Shown: piece after piece, positions 36,171-45,000 of the stretch | Numbering within the stretch: the first letter of the stretch is position 1 | How the letters are laid out: each line of letters starts with the position of its first letter | Origin: Myxococcales bacterium | GTDB lineage: Bacteria > Myxococcota_A > Bradymonadia > UBA4248 | Assembly: GCA_004554395.1 (NCBI GenBank) | Contig: SFMP01000083.1 | Coordinates: 1 to 54,051 of the forward strand | Length of the DNA stretch: 54,051 bases | Direction of reading: 5' to 3' | Position numbers and translations under genes: made by a program | Notes under the pieces: generated by a model | Database searches by the model: none | Told to the model about the DNA's origin: nothing | The model's input: the letters and a program-made list of their open reading frames with translations, nothing else

Positions 36171-38201
36171 ATGGTGATGTCTGGCAAAAAGTGTCCGAAA
36201 TGTGGCGTAGAGCTCGTCAAAGGTGCGAGTTATTGTCAACGTTGCGGAACGCGAATATTCGAAAACGACTTTGGCGATTTATCGTCAGATCCGTATATCG
36301 GGACGATAATCGACGATACGTTCGAGATTCAATCGATACTCGGAACGGGGAGCATGGGAATCGTCTACAAGGCGCATCACCGTGCGCTCAATTGTCCTGT
36401 AGCGATCAAGATATTGCGCCACGACTTTTTAAACGACCGCGTCGTTCAAACGCGGTTTCAGCGCGAGGCGCAAGCGGCGAGTAGCCTTTCGCATCCGAAT
36501 ATCATCCAGATTTACCACTACGGTCGCACGGCACTCAACGCGCCCTATATTGCGATGGAATGCCTCAACGGCAAAGAACTGTCGTCGCTCATTCCCGAAC
36601 AATTTCCGCTTTCGCCCAAGCGCGTTTGCCATATCGCGAGTCAGACGGCGCATGCGCTAAGCGCCGCGCATCATGCGAATATCATTCACCGCGATCTCAA
36701 GCCAGCCAATATCGTCGTCACGAATCGTTGTCACGACGATTTCGTCAAGGTTCTCGACTTTGGCATTGCCAAGATCGCCGACGTCGAAGGCGAGGGGTTG
36801 ACGCGCGAAGGTGCGATTTGTGGTACACCGGCGTTTATGAGCCCCGAGCAAGTCTTGGGTCGCAATATTACGCCACAGTCCGATATATTTAGCCTGGGTA
36901 GCACACTCTACTACATGTTGACGTGTCGACTGCCGTTCCATGGCGATAGCCTCGTCGATATGTCGCGATCGGTCTTATCGCTCAATCCGACGCCACCGAG
37001 CCAAGCTCGAATCGACTGTTATGTCGCGCCCGAGCTCGAATCGATATGTCTCAAGGCCCTCGAAAAAGACCCAGCTGACCGATTCGAAAGTGCCGATGAA
37101 ATGGCGGTAGCGCTCGATAGGCTTTATTCGCAGTTGCCCGACGATACAAGCAACATCAAGCCTAAGATCGTCATTCAATCGACCGATTGTGCGGCAATCG
37201 AAGATTTATCGGGAGCAACGGCTTGCATTAAGGCCTACGACGAAGACGACGAAGACGACGAAGCTGGCACAGTCGTCGAAATGCCGGCATTTCCAAGCGA
37301 ACCATCGATGTCGTCGGTTCACTCGACGCATACGAATACCGATTCGCCTGCGATGAAAAACCCGATCGTCTATGCCGTCTCACAGGTGCTCGACGTCATC
37401 AATCCCAATGCGACACCAGAATCGAATTCGCTTTTGATGACGCCGACGAACGACGAAGAAGTCGTCAAGTCGCGCAAGCGCTTTTTACTCGGGATCGTTT
37501 GCATCGTCGTCGGCGCTTGTCTCTTGCTCGTCATCGTCATATCGTTGACGGTGTTTGCGTTGCGTCCGAGCACATCAGATAGCGGAAAACAATCGACCGA
37601 AGAGTCGAATAAAGAAGCGGCTGCGGTAGCCGAAGATTTTGAAAAACGCCCAAGTCTCGATACGCTGATGAAAGTCGATACGGTCGTCGCCTCGATTCAA
37701 GCGGGGATGACCTATGCCACGGCCTATGGATCTTTGCGCCTTGCCGACGAAGATCGCGCCCGAGTCGCTGCCGATAGTGGCGACGCCGATGATAATGGCG
37801 GCGAGGTGGGCGACGAAGGCGATGCCGATGCTGTCGAGGCGGCCAATGTCGAACAAGCGCCTAAACCTGCGCCGAAGCCGACAGTTGCAAAGACGACGAA
37901 ACCTGCGCAAAAATCGGGATCGACGGCAAAGAAGACGACGAAACCTGCGCAAAAATCGGGATCGACGGCAAAGAAGACGACGAAATCGAACGCGTCGAAA
38001 TCAAGTGCTTCGAAAAACCAAGGGCGTGGCAAAGTCTCGTATGCATCGCAAATTGCGCAAGCCGAAAAGCTCGAAAAACAAGGCGATAAGGTAAAAGCGT
38101 GCTCGATTTATCGTCAAATTTTGCGCGGTGAAGGCATTAGTCAGAGCGAAAAATTAAAAGTTCAAGCGAAGATAAGGAATTGTGGGCGCATTTCGATTTA
38201 A
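36171..38201 (+). CDS. Ser/Thr protein kinase with N-terminal zinc ribbon, TM segment and repetitive extracytoplasmic tail
   Basis: CPKCG..x..CQRCG zinc ribbon. HRDLKPANIV, DFGIA and GTPAFMSPE kinase motifs. TM segment LLGIVCIVVGACLLLVIVISL. TTKPAQKSGSTAKK is duplicated. The C-terminal end is TPR-like. The ORF track starts at a TTG at 36150. Confidence 0.9.
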   Translation: MVMSGKKCPKCGVELVKGASYCQRCGTRIFENDFGDLSSDPYIGTIIDDTFEIQSILGTGSMGIVYKAHHRALNCPVAIKILRHDFLNDRVVQTRFQREAQAASSLSHPNIIQIYHYGRTALNAPYIAMECLNGKELSSLIPEQFPLSPKRVCHIASQTAHALSAAHHANIIHRDLKPANIVVTNRCHDDFVKVLDFGIAKIADVEGEGLTREGAICGTPAFMSPEQVLGRNITPQSDIFSLGSTLYYMLTCRLPFHGDSLVDMSRSVLSLNPTPPSQARIDCYVAPELESICLKALEKDPADRFESADEMAVALDRLYSQLPDDTSNIKPKIVIQSTDCAAIEDLSGATACIKAYDEDDEDDEAGTVVEMPAFPSEPSMSSVHSTHTNTDSPAMKNPIVYAVSQVLDVINPNATPESNSLLMTPTNDEEVVKSRKRFLLGIVCIVVGACLLLVIVISLTVFALRPSTSDSGKQSTEESNKEAAAVAEDFEKRPSLDTLMKVDTVVASIQAGMTYATAYGSLRLADEDRARVAADSGDADDNGGEVGDEGDADAVEAANVEQAPKPAPKPTVAKTTKPAQKSGSTAKKTTKPAQKSGSTAKKTTKSNASKSSASKNQGRGKVSYASQIAQAEKLEKQGDKVKACSIYRQILRGEGISQSEKLKVQAKIRNCGRISI

Positions 38202-38238
38202 TCGTCAATCGACGCTCAGAAAGAGTTGAGGGATAAAC

Positions 38239-40170
38239 GTGTCGCGAAGAAGCATAGCGATGCGCGATCGACGCGTGCGGTTATGGATATGGCTTTCGGT
38301 CATTGGCATAGGGATTTTCGTCTACTTTTGCCAACATCCCATTCGCATTAAGCAAGAGGCGAAGATATCGCAAGGCGTAGCCATGACTCTCGATTCGACG
38401 AGCGATTATCTCGTCGTCGTCGACGAAATGGCACCCAATGCCACGCCAGAATCGTTCATGGAAATGTCGTTTTCCTATGCGTGGATCAATACATTCCAGC
38501 AAGAAATCGGTCCGGTGTCGGTCATTGGAGCGCAGCAATTCCCGCAAGCAGATTTGAGTGGTTTCAAACTCGTCGTTCTGACGCGTTCTGTATCGGAGCG
38601 CGGCGATTGGGTGCCAAAGATTCGCAGCTATTTAGAACGCGGTGGCAACGTCGTCTTAGAAATGCCCGGTGCCAAATTGCGCGCATTGGCCTCGGCCGAT
38701 GGCAAAGGAGGGCTACGCAAGCCCCAGACTGTGACGTATGCCCATGGCTTGATGCCCGAGTTTCAAAAGGCGTTGTCGGCGATAAAATTGAGCGAAATGA
38801 CGCAGATCATCGGATCGGCAGGGCCGCTCGACGATTCGCAAACGTGGATGACGATCGATGGCGTGCCCGTTATTTATACGAAGCATTATTCTGCGGGCAA
38901 TGTGATTACGGTCGATTTCGACTATGGCATGCTTTTGACGTCGTTACAGCAAGGTCGTCCGCTTGACGATTTGACGATTCGCAACATGCGCGGCACGGCC
39001 CAAATCGAGACCGAAGATTTGGCAAAGCTCGACGTTCCCGATATGCCGATAGCCGATATCCTCGAGCGATTCATCGTCTATGGCGTCGTCGGCCATAGCG
39101 TCGCCATCGCCAGTTTTTGGCCGTTTTTCGATTCGATGAACGGTGCCATTGTCGTGACGCACGACGAAGGCGGCATGGGCGACGCGGCTCTTTGGACGTC
39201 TCAATACGAAGCGACGTTTCAGGCTTCCTCGACGTTATTTGCTCGCGTTCCGCTTCAAATGACCGAATACGGCGTTGGGCTAACCGATAAAACGCATACC
39301 GAGCTCGGGCTTTCGTTTGAACTCAATGCCGACGACAAATCGAGTGCGCAAGAACCCATGGGCTGGTTTAAGTTTTCGCCGATATGGCGAACGTATAACG
39401 TCGATCAGCAAACGCAACAGTTGCGCCAATGGATGCCCACCGGATCGCAGCTCATCTCTTCGCAAGCGAAAGATGGAATATGGACGCCCGAATATACGCG
39501 AGCCTTTCGCATGATTGCGGCGGCAGGGTTCCGAAACGATGCCTCGTATCGTGCGCCAAAAGACGTTCCGGGCTATGTCTTCGGATCGGGTTTCCCATTC
39601 GTTCCGCTCGACGTCAACGGGCGCATCTTCAACATCCTCGAATATCCGGTCGTATTCTCATCGCTACAGACGCAAGAGGAAAGGGAGTTTTTCGAAACCA
39701 TCGTCGCGGCGAGCGCAAAGCAGACGCACGAAGTCATCACCGTGAGCTTTTCACCGCAACGCTATACGACGCATCCCGATTACGAAATCTTCGAGACATG
39801 GCAAGAAGCATATCGGATAGCGAGTGAACACAAGCACTGGATAACGAGCATATCGAATTACTTTAGGTTTTCGCGTGCGCGATTTACGGGCGAATTGCGT
39901 TCGCGATCGACCGATCTCAAAATCGGCAACAAGACGTCGCATCTGCTTCGGATCGAATTATTGGCACCCGAAAATGGCATGTCTATTTCGGTCCCCAAGA
40001 CGTTGCGCACGCGCTCGTTTAGCGAGGCACGACGCGGATTACAGCGCGTCAAAGAAGACGTCATATTACCCGAGGTCATACAGACGAGTGCCGTTTCGGT
40101 GATGGGTTACGAACGCATGATCATCCCGTTGCAACGCGGTTTTAATGCCATCGACGTCGTATACGAATAA
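38239..40170 (+). CDS. Membrane-anchored hypothetical protein, paralog A (GATase1/DUF4350-like N-terminal half; possible deacetylase-like C-terminal half)
   Basis: GTG start with GAGGGA upstream. TM segment LWIWLSVIGIGIFVYF. Shares motif blocks with the next gene: F(S/A)W.N...Q.IGP, LEMPG, TSLQQGRP, THDEGG/SHETGN and GY.FGS..PF.P. Confidence 0.75.
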   Translation: MSRRSIAMRDRRVRLWIWLSVIGIGIFVYFCQHPIRIKQEAKISQGVAMTLDSTSDYLVVVDEMAPNATPESFMEMSFSYAWINTFQQEIGPVSVIGAQQFPQADLSGFKLVVLTRSVSERGDWVPKIRSYLERGGNVVLEMPGAKLRALASADGKGGLRKPQTVTYAHGLMPEFQKALSAIKLSEMTQIIGSAGPLDDSQTWMTIDGVPVIYTKHYSAGNVITVDFDYGMLLTSLQQGRPLDDLTIRNMRGTAQIETEDLAKLDVPDMPIADILERFIVYGVVGHSVAIASFWPFFDSMNGAIVVTHDEGGMGDAALWTSQYEATFQASSTLFARVPLQMTEYGVGLTDKTHTELGLSFELNADDKSSAQEPMGWFKFSPIWRTYNVDQQTQQLRQWMPTGSQLISSQAKDGIWTPEYTRAFRMIAAAGFRNDASYRAPKDVPGYVFGSGFPFVPLDVNGRIFNILEYPVVFSSLQTQEEREFFETIVAASAKQTHEVITVSFSPQRYTTHPDYEIFETWQEAYRIASEHKHWITSISNYFRFSRARFTGELRSRSTDLKIGNKTSHLLRIELLAPENGMSISVPKTLRTRSFSEARRGLQRVKEDVILPEVIQTSAVSVMGYERMIIPLQRGFNAIDVVYE

Positions 40171-40181
40171 GTAGCAATAAT

Positions 40182-42083
40182 ATGCAGGGCGATTCATCAT
40201 TTATCAAGCGATTCAAAATCGATTTTATCTTGCTCGGTGTGCTTGCATGCGTTTGCTTGGGCTATGTCGTCGATGCGCATCCGATCCGGATATCGCGCAG
40301 TGATACGCCGGGGGCGGCATCGATGCCACAACAACTCGGGCAATCGAATATCTTACTCATCTTGCCCGATACGACGCAAACAGCCGAATCGTATCCAGAG
40401 ATGGACTTTTCCTTTGCATGGTACAATGCCATGTCGCAAGTCATCGGCCCGTTTTCGATTGCGCTCACGCGCCAAATTCAGTCGTCCGAAGACCTGGCGC
40501 AAGCGCGTCTCATCGTCATACCGCAGAATGCTGCCGAACAAATGAACGAAGCCCAGATCCAGAGTGTGGCGCAAAGCGTCCAGCTCGGGGCATCGCTCAT
40601 ACTCGAAATGCCCGGTCATGCTTGGGCGCCTGTGACGGGGATGCGGCTCAATACGCGTGGAAATGCCACGATAAAGCGCGTCACCGATGCGCCTAATTCG
40701 CCACTCTCGGGCACGTATAAAGACCATTTGCTCAACACCCCTATCGATACGCGCGTCATGCGCATGGATGCTTCGAATCCCGAGGCTTTGCCATCGAATG
40801 GATTATTGCTCGAAATCGATGGCGCCATTGCGCATGCCAAACGATCGCTGGGCGCTGGAATCGTCCACATTCTGGGGTTTAATTTTGGGCAAGCGATGAC
40901 TTCGCTCCAACAAGGGCGCCCGAGCGATGCATTTCGCATCGATGGAGAAGAATCGCCTCGTACTTCCGACCTCATCCTCAACGAGCGCATGCGCACGAAT
41001 ACCGTGCCTTATGCCGATTTGCTCAAGATGCACGTATTTGGGAGTGCATTCCAAGCGGCGCCATTCCCCATGCTTTGGCCCATTGCCAACGGCAAAAAGA
41101 GTGCCCTCATCGTCAGCCACGAAACGGGGAATTTGGGCGATGAAGCGTTTTCGTCGGCAAAATACGAGTTGGAATTTGGCGCACATGCGACATGGCTAGC
41201 GACTGCGTCGACGATATCGAGTGAGACTTTGCGCAAATACGCGAGCGAGGGTTTCGATATCGGTGCATCGATCTATCGCCCTCCCGCCGATCGGATCGAC
41301 GAGCCTTGGGGCATAGCCTTTTTTAAGCCGATCGCCTTCGAGCAAACGGTTGCCGATCAAAGACGCGCACTGATGCAGCAGATTTCGAGCCCCATATCGA
41401 CGTGTAAATATGCCAAGAATGTCTGGTCGCGCGATTATACGGCGTTTTTCCGGTATTTAACGGCGGCGCAGTGCCAAATCGATTTGTCGTATGGCCCCGG
41501 AACGGAGGGCGATTACGGCTATTTGTTCGGATCGTCGTATCCATTTTTGCCGATTGAGCGCAATGGCTTGCCGTTCCCCGTCTATGCATTGCCGACGACG
41601 ATAGACGACGGCGTCGGGCTCGGTTCGATCCCCGAACACGCGCCGTTGCAAATGCTCAAAGATGCCGAATCGACGTGGAATGGTCCGATCGTCGTCAATT
41701 TTAGCGCAACGGCGATGCAAGAAACGCCGAGCTATCTATCGCCGCAAACGTGGCACGAGCTCTTGGCCTATGCCAAAGAAAACGACGTTCTCATGCCGTC
41801 GGCAAAATCGTTTATGCAGCACTACACGCTACGCAAGCAATCGCACTTGCTCTATACGTGGAATCCCAATGCGCGAACGTTGCAAGCACAAGTGCGGCTC
41901 CCAAAGGCAGACTTTTCGTATACTTTGGCGATTCCAAAGCGCACACAAGCGGGGGCGCTCGACACGTTGTGGCTCGACAAACGCCAGCTCGACATCGAAG
42001 CGGGCAAGACGTCGTCCGATGGGCTCTTGCTACTCATTCCGCTCGAGGCGAGTGAACACAGCATCGAGGCGCATTATCAATGA
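40182..42083 (+). CDS. Membrane-anchored hypothetical protein, paralog B
   Basis: Lies 11 nt after paralog A. TM segment FILLGVLACVCLGYVV. It has the same motif blocks and a similar length (633 vs 643 aa). Confidence 0.75.
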   Translation: MQGDSSFIKRFKIDFILLGVLACVCLGYVVDAHPIRISRSDTPGAASMPQQLGQSNILLILPDTTQTAESYPEMDFSFAWYNAMSQVIGPFSIALTRQIQSSEDLAQARLIVIPQNAAEQMNEAQIQSVAQSVQLGASLILEMPGHAWAPVTGMRLNTRGNATIKRVTDAPNSPLSGTYKDHLLNTPIDTRVMRMDASNPEALPSNGLLLEIDGAIAHAKRSLGAGIVHILGFNFGQAMTSLQQGRPSDAFRIDGEESPRTSDLILNERMRTNTVPYADLLKMHVFGSAFQAAPFPMLWPIANGKKSALIVSHETGNLGDEAFSSAKYELEFGAHATWLATASTISSETLRKYASEGFDIGASIYRPPADRIDEPWGIAFFKPIAFEQTVADQRRALMQQISSPISTCKYAKNVWSRDYTAFFRYLTAAQCQIDLSYGPGTEGDYGYLFGSSYPFLPIERNGLPFPVYALPTTIDDGVGLGSIPEHAPLQMLKDAESTWNGPIVVNFSATAMQETPSYLSPQTWHELLAYAKENDVLMPSAKSFMQHYTLRKQSHLLYTWNPNARTLQAQVRLPKADFSYTLAIPKRTQAGALDTLWLDKRQLDIEAGKTSSDGLLLLIPLEASEHSIEAHYQ

Positions 42084-42094
42084 TGCGATAAACT

Positions 42095-43057
42095 TTAGAG
42101 GATTTTTCGGAACATGCGCGACCATCGCGGGCTCAGATGCCCCGACGACCACCATATCATCTGGGCGCGCCCTTTGATATTGTCGATCGGAACTTGCCCC
42201 CAACATCGGGAATCGGCCGAATTATCGCGGTTATCGCCCATTGCAAAGACGTGCCCGGGCTTGACCGTGATGGGGCCGAAGTGCGACGATGGCATTTCGT
42301 GCGTTATCGTCGTATACGACTTTTCGCCGATGCGCTCGGTGTTCCAATGCTGAAGCCGTCGATCGGTGAGGTACATGAAATCGGAAACCGTGCTTTCGTA
42401 ATAGGGGGTTTGAGAAATCGGATGCCCATTGACGTATATCGTTTGGCCGATGACTTCGATCGTATCGCCTTCGACGCCGATAATTCGCTTAATGTAGTCG
42501 CTGTCTTTCGTGAGAGATTCGTTCGAGAGGCAGCGTGAATTGGTGCGAGCCAAATAATCGCGTGCTTCGTTGCGCGGAAACGCAAAGACGACGACATCGC
42601 CGCGTTCGGGCTTCGAAAACCATACGACATAGCGATTGAGCAAGGGCAAACGCAATCCATAGCTCAATTTGGTGACGAACAATTGATCGCCTTCCAAAAG
42701 CGTTGGAACCATCGATCGCGTAGGGATTTTGAACGGCTCGACGAAAAACGTGCGCAGTACGAAGGCGACGGCCAAGGCGATGAGCAAGCTTTCGACGACT
42801 TCTCTTGCCCCCGATTTGCGAGCAAATTTGAGCCGTTTTTCGACGATTTCTTGCACTTTTCGATAGGGTGCTTCGACCGAATCGTCGTCTTTGGCGAGCG
42901 CCGTGCGTAGCGCATTGAGCCCAGCTTCGATTTCGGTTATCGACTCGGCCGAGAGCTTTTTCTTGGCTCGTTTATAGAGTTTTTCGGCATCGTTGAGCGC
43001 ATTTTGTGCATCACGACGCGAAACTTTAGGCGTATTTTCAGATGGCGAAACGGACAT
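42095..43057 (-). CDS. lepB: Signal peptidase I with an ~85-aa N-terminal cytoplasmic extension
   Basis: PTRSMVPTL (Ser box), YIKRIIGVEGD (Lys box) and GDNRDNSADSR motifs. Confidence 0.9.
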   Translation of the reverse strand: MSVSPSENTPKVSRRDAQNALNDAEKLYKRAKKKLSAESITEIEAGLNALRTALAKDDDSVEAPYRKVQEIVEKRLKFARKSGAREVVESLLIALAVAFVLRTFFVEPFKIPTRSMVPTLLEGDQLFVTKLSYGLRLPLLNRYVVWFSKPERGDVVVFAFPRNEARDYLARTNSRCLSNESLTKDSDYIKRIIGVEGDTIEVIGQTIYVNGHPISQTPYYESTVSDFMYLTDRRLQHWNTERIGEKSYTTITHEMPSSHFGPITVKPGHVFAMGDNRDNSADSRCWGQVPIDNIKGRAQMIWWSSGHLSPRWSRMFRKIL

Positions 43058-43081
43058 GAGATTCCAGATAAAGCTCGCAGA

Positions 43082-44104
43082 TTAGTCGATATCGGGGGAT
43101 TCGACGCGGAACAACTGCTGACCGAGGAAGATCAGGTCGCCGTGATAGAGCTGTGTTTTCTTATTGAGTTTCATCCACGTACCGTTCGACGAATTGAGGT
43201 CGAGCAAATAGAAATTTCCATCTTCGCCCGGATAGATTTGCGCGTGGCGCCCGCTCATAAAGCGGTCTTTGTTGAAGACGATATCGCCCGTTTCGCGCCC
43301 GAAGACGGCGCCATTTTCCGACAAGCAATAGACGTTTTGGGTGATATTTCCGACGCCGATTTGGACGAGTTTGTAGTCGCCGCCGCTCGAGGGCGATCCC
43401 ATGTAACGCGTGCCATCGGCCGATCGAGCTTTGTTGGAGACGACTTGTTCGAAGCGTTCGAATCGCAAGAGCTCGCGACCAGCCAAGAAGCAGTCGCCGG
43501 GGACGAGTAAGACTTCTTCGCGCGTGCGCAAAAACGTGCCGTTGAGGCTGTCGAGATCTTCGATAAATAGCCCGCGGCCCTCGACGAGTAAGCGCGCATG
43601 TCGCGGCGAAAGAAAGGCGTCGGATGGGAAGCGCGAATCGCCACTCCGCCCGAGTATCGTTTCGTTGAATTTGAGGGGGATGCGGACGCCGTCGCTACTA
43701 TCTTCGTTAATCGAGATGAGGGCGACATCGATATCGATGGCGCGAACTTCGACGTCGTTGAATTGGTGTTTTGCCGTGTAATTGCCCAAGTATGCGGCGC
43801 AGAAACCGCAATATTTGTTGGTGCTGGGGCAAACGGCACCACAGCTACGGCAATGAATTTCGCCATCGCCAGCATTATCGGAATAGAAGATATTCGAGAT
43901 GCCTGAATCGTTATAGGCATCTTGTAGAGCCGCCGAGACCGAGGGCGCAGGGCCTTTGTCGTGCGCGGCCGAAACGCCGTGATTCGTCGGTCCGAGATTC
44001 ATCGTGCCCTGGAATTGTACGGCTTCGCTACCCAGTCCTAAGACATCGAGCAGTGCTTCGGTCAAAATTTCGTCTTCTCCGTTACGGTTGCCGATCCCAG
44101 CCAT
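43082..44104 (-). CDS. Zinc-ribbon plus dual FHA-domain protein
   Basis: CRSCG..x..CGFC zinc ribbon. Two FHA cores: ILGRSGD...SPRHARL...LDSLNGTFL and VFGRETGD...SGRHAQI...LNSSNGTWM. GAGGAA RBS upstream. Confidence 0.88.
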   Translation of the reverse strand: MAGIGNRNGEDEILTEALLDVLGLGSEAVQFQGTMNLGPTNHGVSAAHDKGPAPSVSAALQDAYNDSGISNIFYSDNAGDGEIHCRSCGAVCPSTNKYCGFCAAYLGNYTAKHQFNDVEVRAIDIDVALISINEDSSDGVRIPLKFNETILGRSGDSRFPSDAFLSPRHARLLVEGRGLFIEDLDSLNGTFLRTREEVLLVPGDCFLAGRELLRFERFEQVVSNKARSADGTRYMGSPSSGGDYKLVQIGVGNITQNVYCLSENGAVFGRETGDIVFNKDRFMSGRHAQIYPGEDGNFYLLDLNSSNGTWMKLNKKTQLYHGDLIFLGQQLFRVESPDID

Positions 44105-44212
44105 AAGCGTTCCTCATATTCGGCGATGGTGCCGCGATATTCGATCCAAAGGGCAGAAGCTCGATAAGGGTGCATCGCGTGCACGCCAAACATGCCATCG
44201 TCGCTTCGATGC

Positions 44213-44452
44213 CAAAAAAAGACCACCCGCTGTGCCGTCGCCACCGTAACGTTAAACCGCACTGTTTGACCAGTTAGGTGGGCCTCGTGGTAGAGGGGGA
44301 AAGGATCCTGGACTCGCAGGCGTGCTCGCCCTTTCTCCAGTGACAAGTCCCGATTTAACGTCTTAGGGGTTTAAGCATATCTGGTGTACATCGCACACAG
44401 CAGGTAGCGATTCCCTTATACCATTAAGGCGGATGAGAGACAACGTACTTTA
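44213..44452 (-). ncRNA. Candidate structured RNA of unknown class (or 5' leader of the FHA-lepB operon)
   Basis: Lies between the rplS terminator and a GGUGGUC-U7 tract. Nested long-range helices pair 44396-44407 with 44223-44234 (12 bp) and 44351-44361 with 44249-44259 (11 bp). The G-U pairs form only on the minus strand. No known family recognised. Confidence 0.3.
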
Positions 44453-44453
44453 C

Positions 44454-44491
44454 AAAAAAAGCGCACGATTTCGGCTAGAAAACGTGCGCTT
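44454..44491 (-). terminator. Rho-independent terminator of the rpsP-rplS operon
   Basis: On the minus strand: AGCGCACG-loop-CGTGCGCT followed by T7. Confidence 0.85.
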
Positions 44492-44534
44492 GAGGCGATT
44501 TTGACGTCGAGCGCTTGTGGCTCAAACGTGCAAA

Positions 44535-44924
44535 CTATTCAGCGGCTTCGCCCGTGACGGGAACCATCGCCTTACGTGTACGGACGCTCTTGATGCGAGC
44601 GGCTTTACCGCGCAAGTCGCGGAGGTAATACAATTTGGCGCGACGCACACGACCCATGACCGTGACTTCGATCTTGGCGATTTTGGGCGAGTTGACGGGG
44701 AACGTACGTTCGACGCCGCAACCATAGGAAATCTTGCGAACGGTGAACGTTTCGCGAACGCTACCACCGCTACGGCGAATGACGACACCTTCGAAAACTT
44801 GGATGCGTTCTTTGTCGCCTTCTTTAATATTGACGTGCACGCGAACGGTATCGCCGGGACGGAAATCCGGCAAGTCGGTGCGAACTTGTTTCTTTTCAAT
44901 TGCTGCAATAATTGGGCAAGTCAT
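44535..44924 (-). CDS. rplS: 50S ribosomal protein L19
   Basis: The ATG at 44924 has AGGAG upstream. [35 protein letters not shown]... ORF 44535..45047 is over-extended. Confidence 0.95.
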   Translation of the reverse strand: MTCPIIAAIEKKQVRTDLPDFRPGDTVRVHVNIKEGDKERIQVFEGVVIRRSGGSVRETFTVRKISYGCGVERTFPVNSPKIAKIEVTVMGRVRRAKLYYLRDLRGKAARIKSVRTRKAMVPVTGEAAE

Positions 44925-45000
44925 GATATCTACTCCTAAAAAGCAAAATCGCCGCGGCAGGTCTTTTTGCACGCCGCGCATAGCGTTGTCAATGTTATTT

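Noticed and set aside
38239-42083. Calling the two paralogs polysaccharide deacetylases
   Set aside because: Only a TFDDG-like THDEGG/SHETGN motif was seen. The His-His and RxPY motifs of CE4 enzymes were not convincingly found. This is kept as a hypothesis only.
44062-44346. A 94-aa ORF on the minus strand overlapping the FHA gene start
   Set aside because: It has a TTG start without an RBS, overlaps the FHA gene by 43 nt in another frame, and spans the putative RNA helices. It cannot be fully excluded and is mentioned as the alternative in the ncRNA finding.
44213-44452. Identity as SRP RNA, RNase P RNA, tmRNA, 6S RNA, or a cobalamin or TPP riboswitch
   Set aside because: By eye the diagnostic motifs are absent or only loosely resembled. 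These are the SRP GGAA tetraloop with AGCAG, the RNase P GAGGAAAGUCC, the tmRNA tRNA-like end, the B12 box GCCACUG with AGGGAA..GGUG, and the TPP CUGAGA with ACCUGAUCUGGAUAAUGCCAGCG. The region is kept only as an unclassified candidate.
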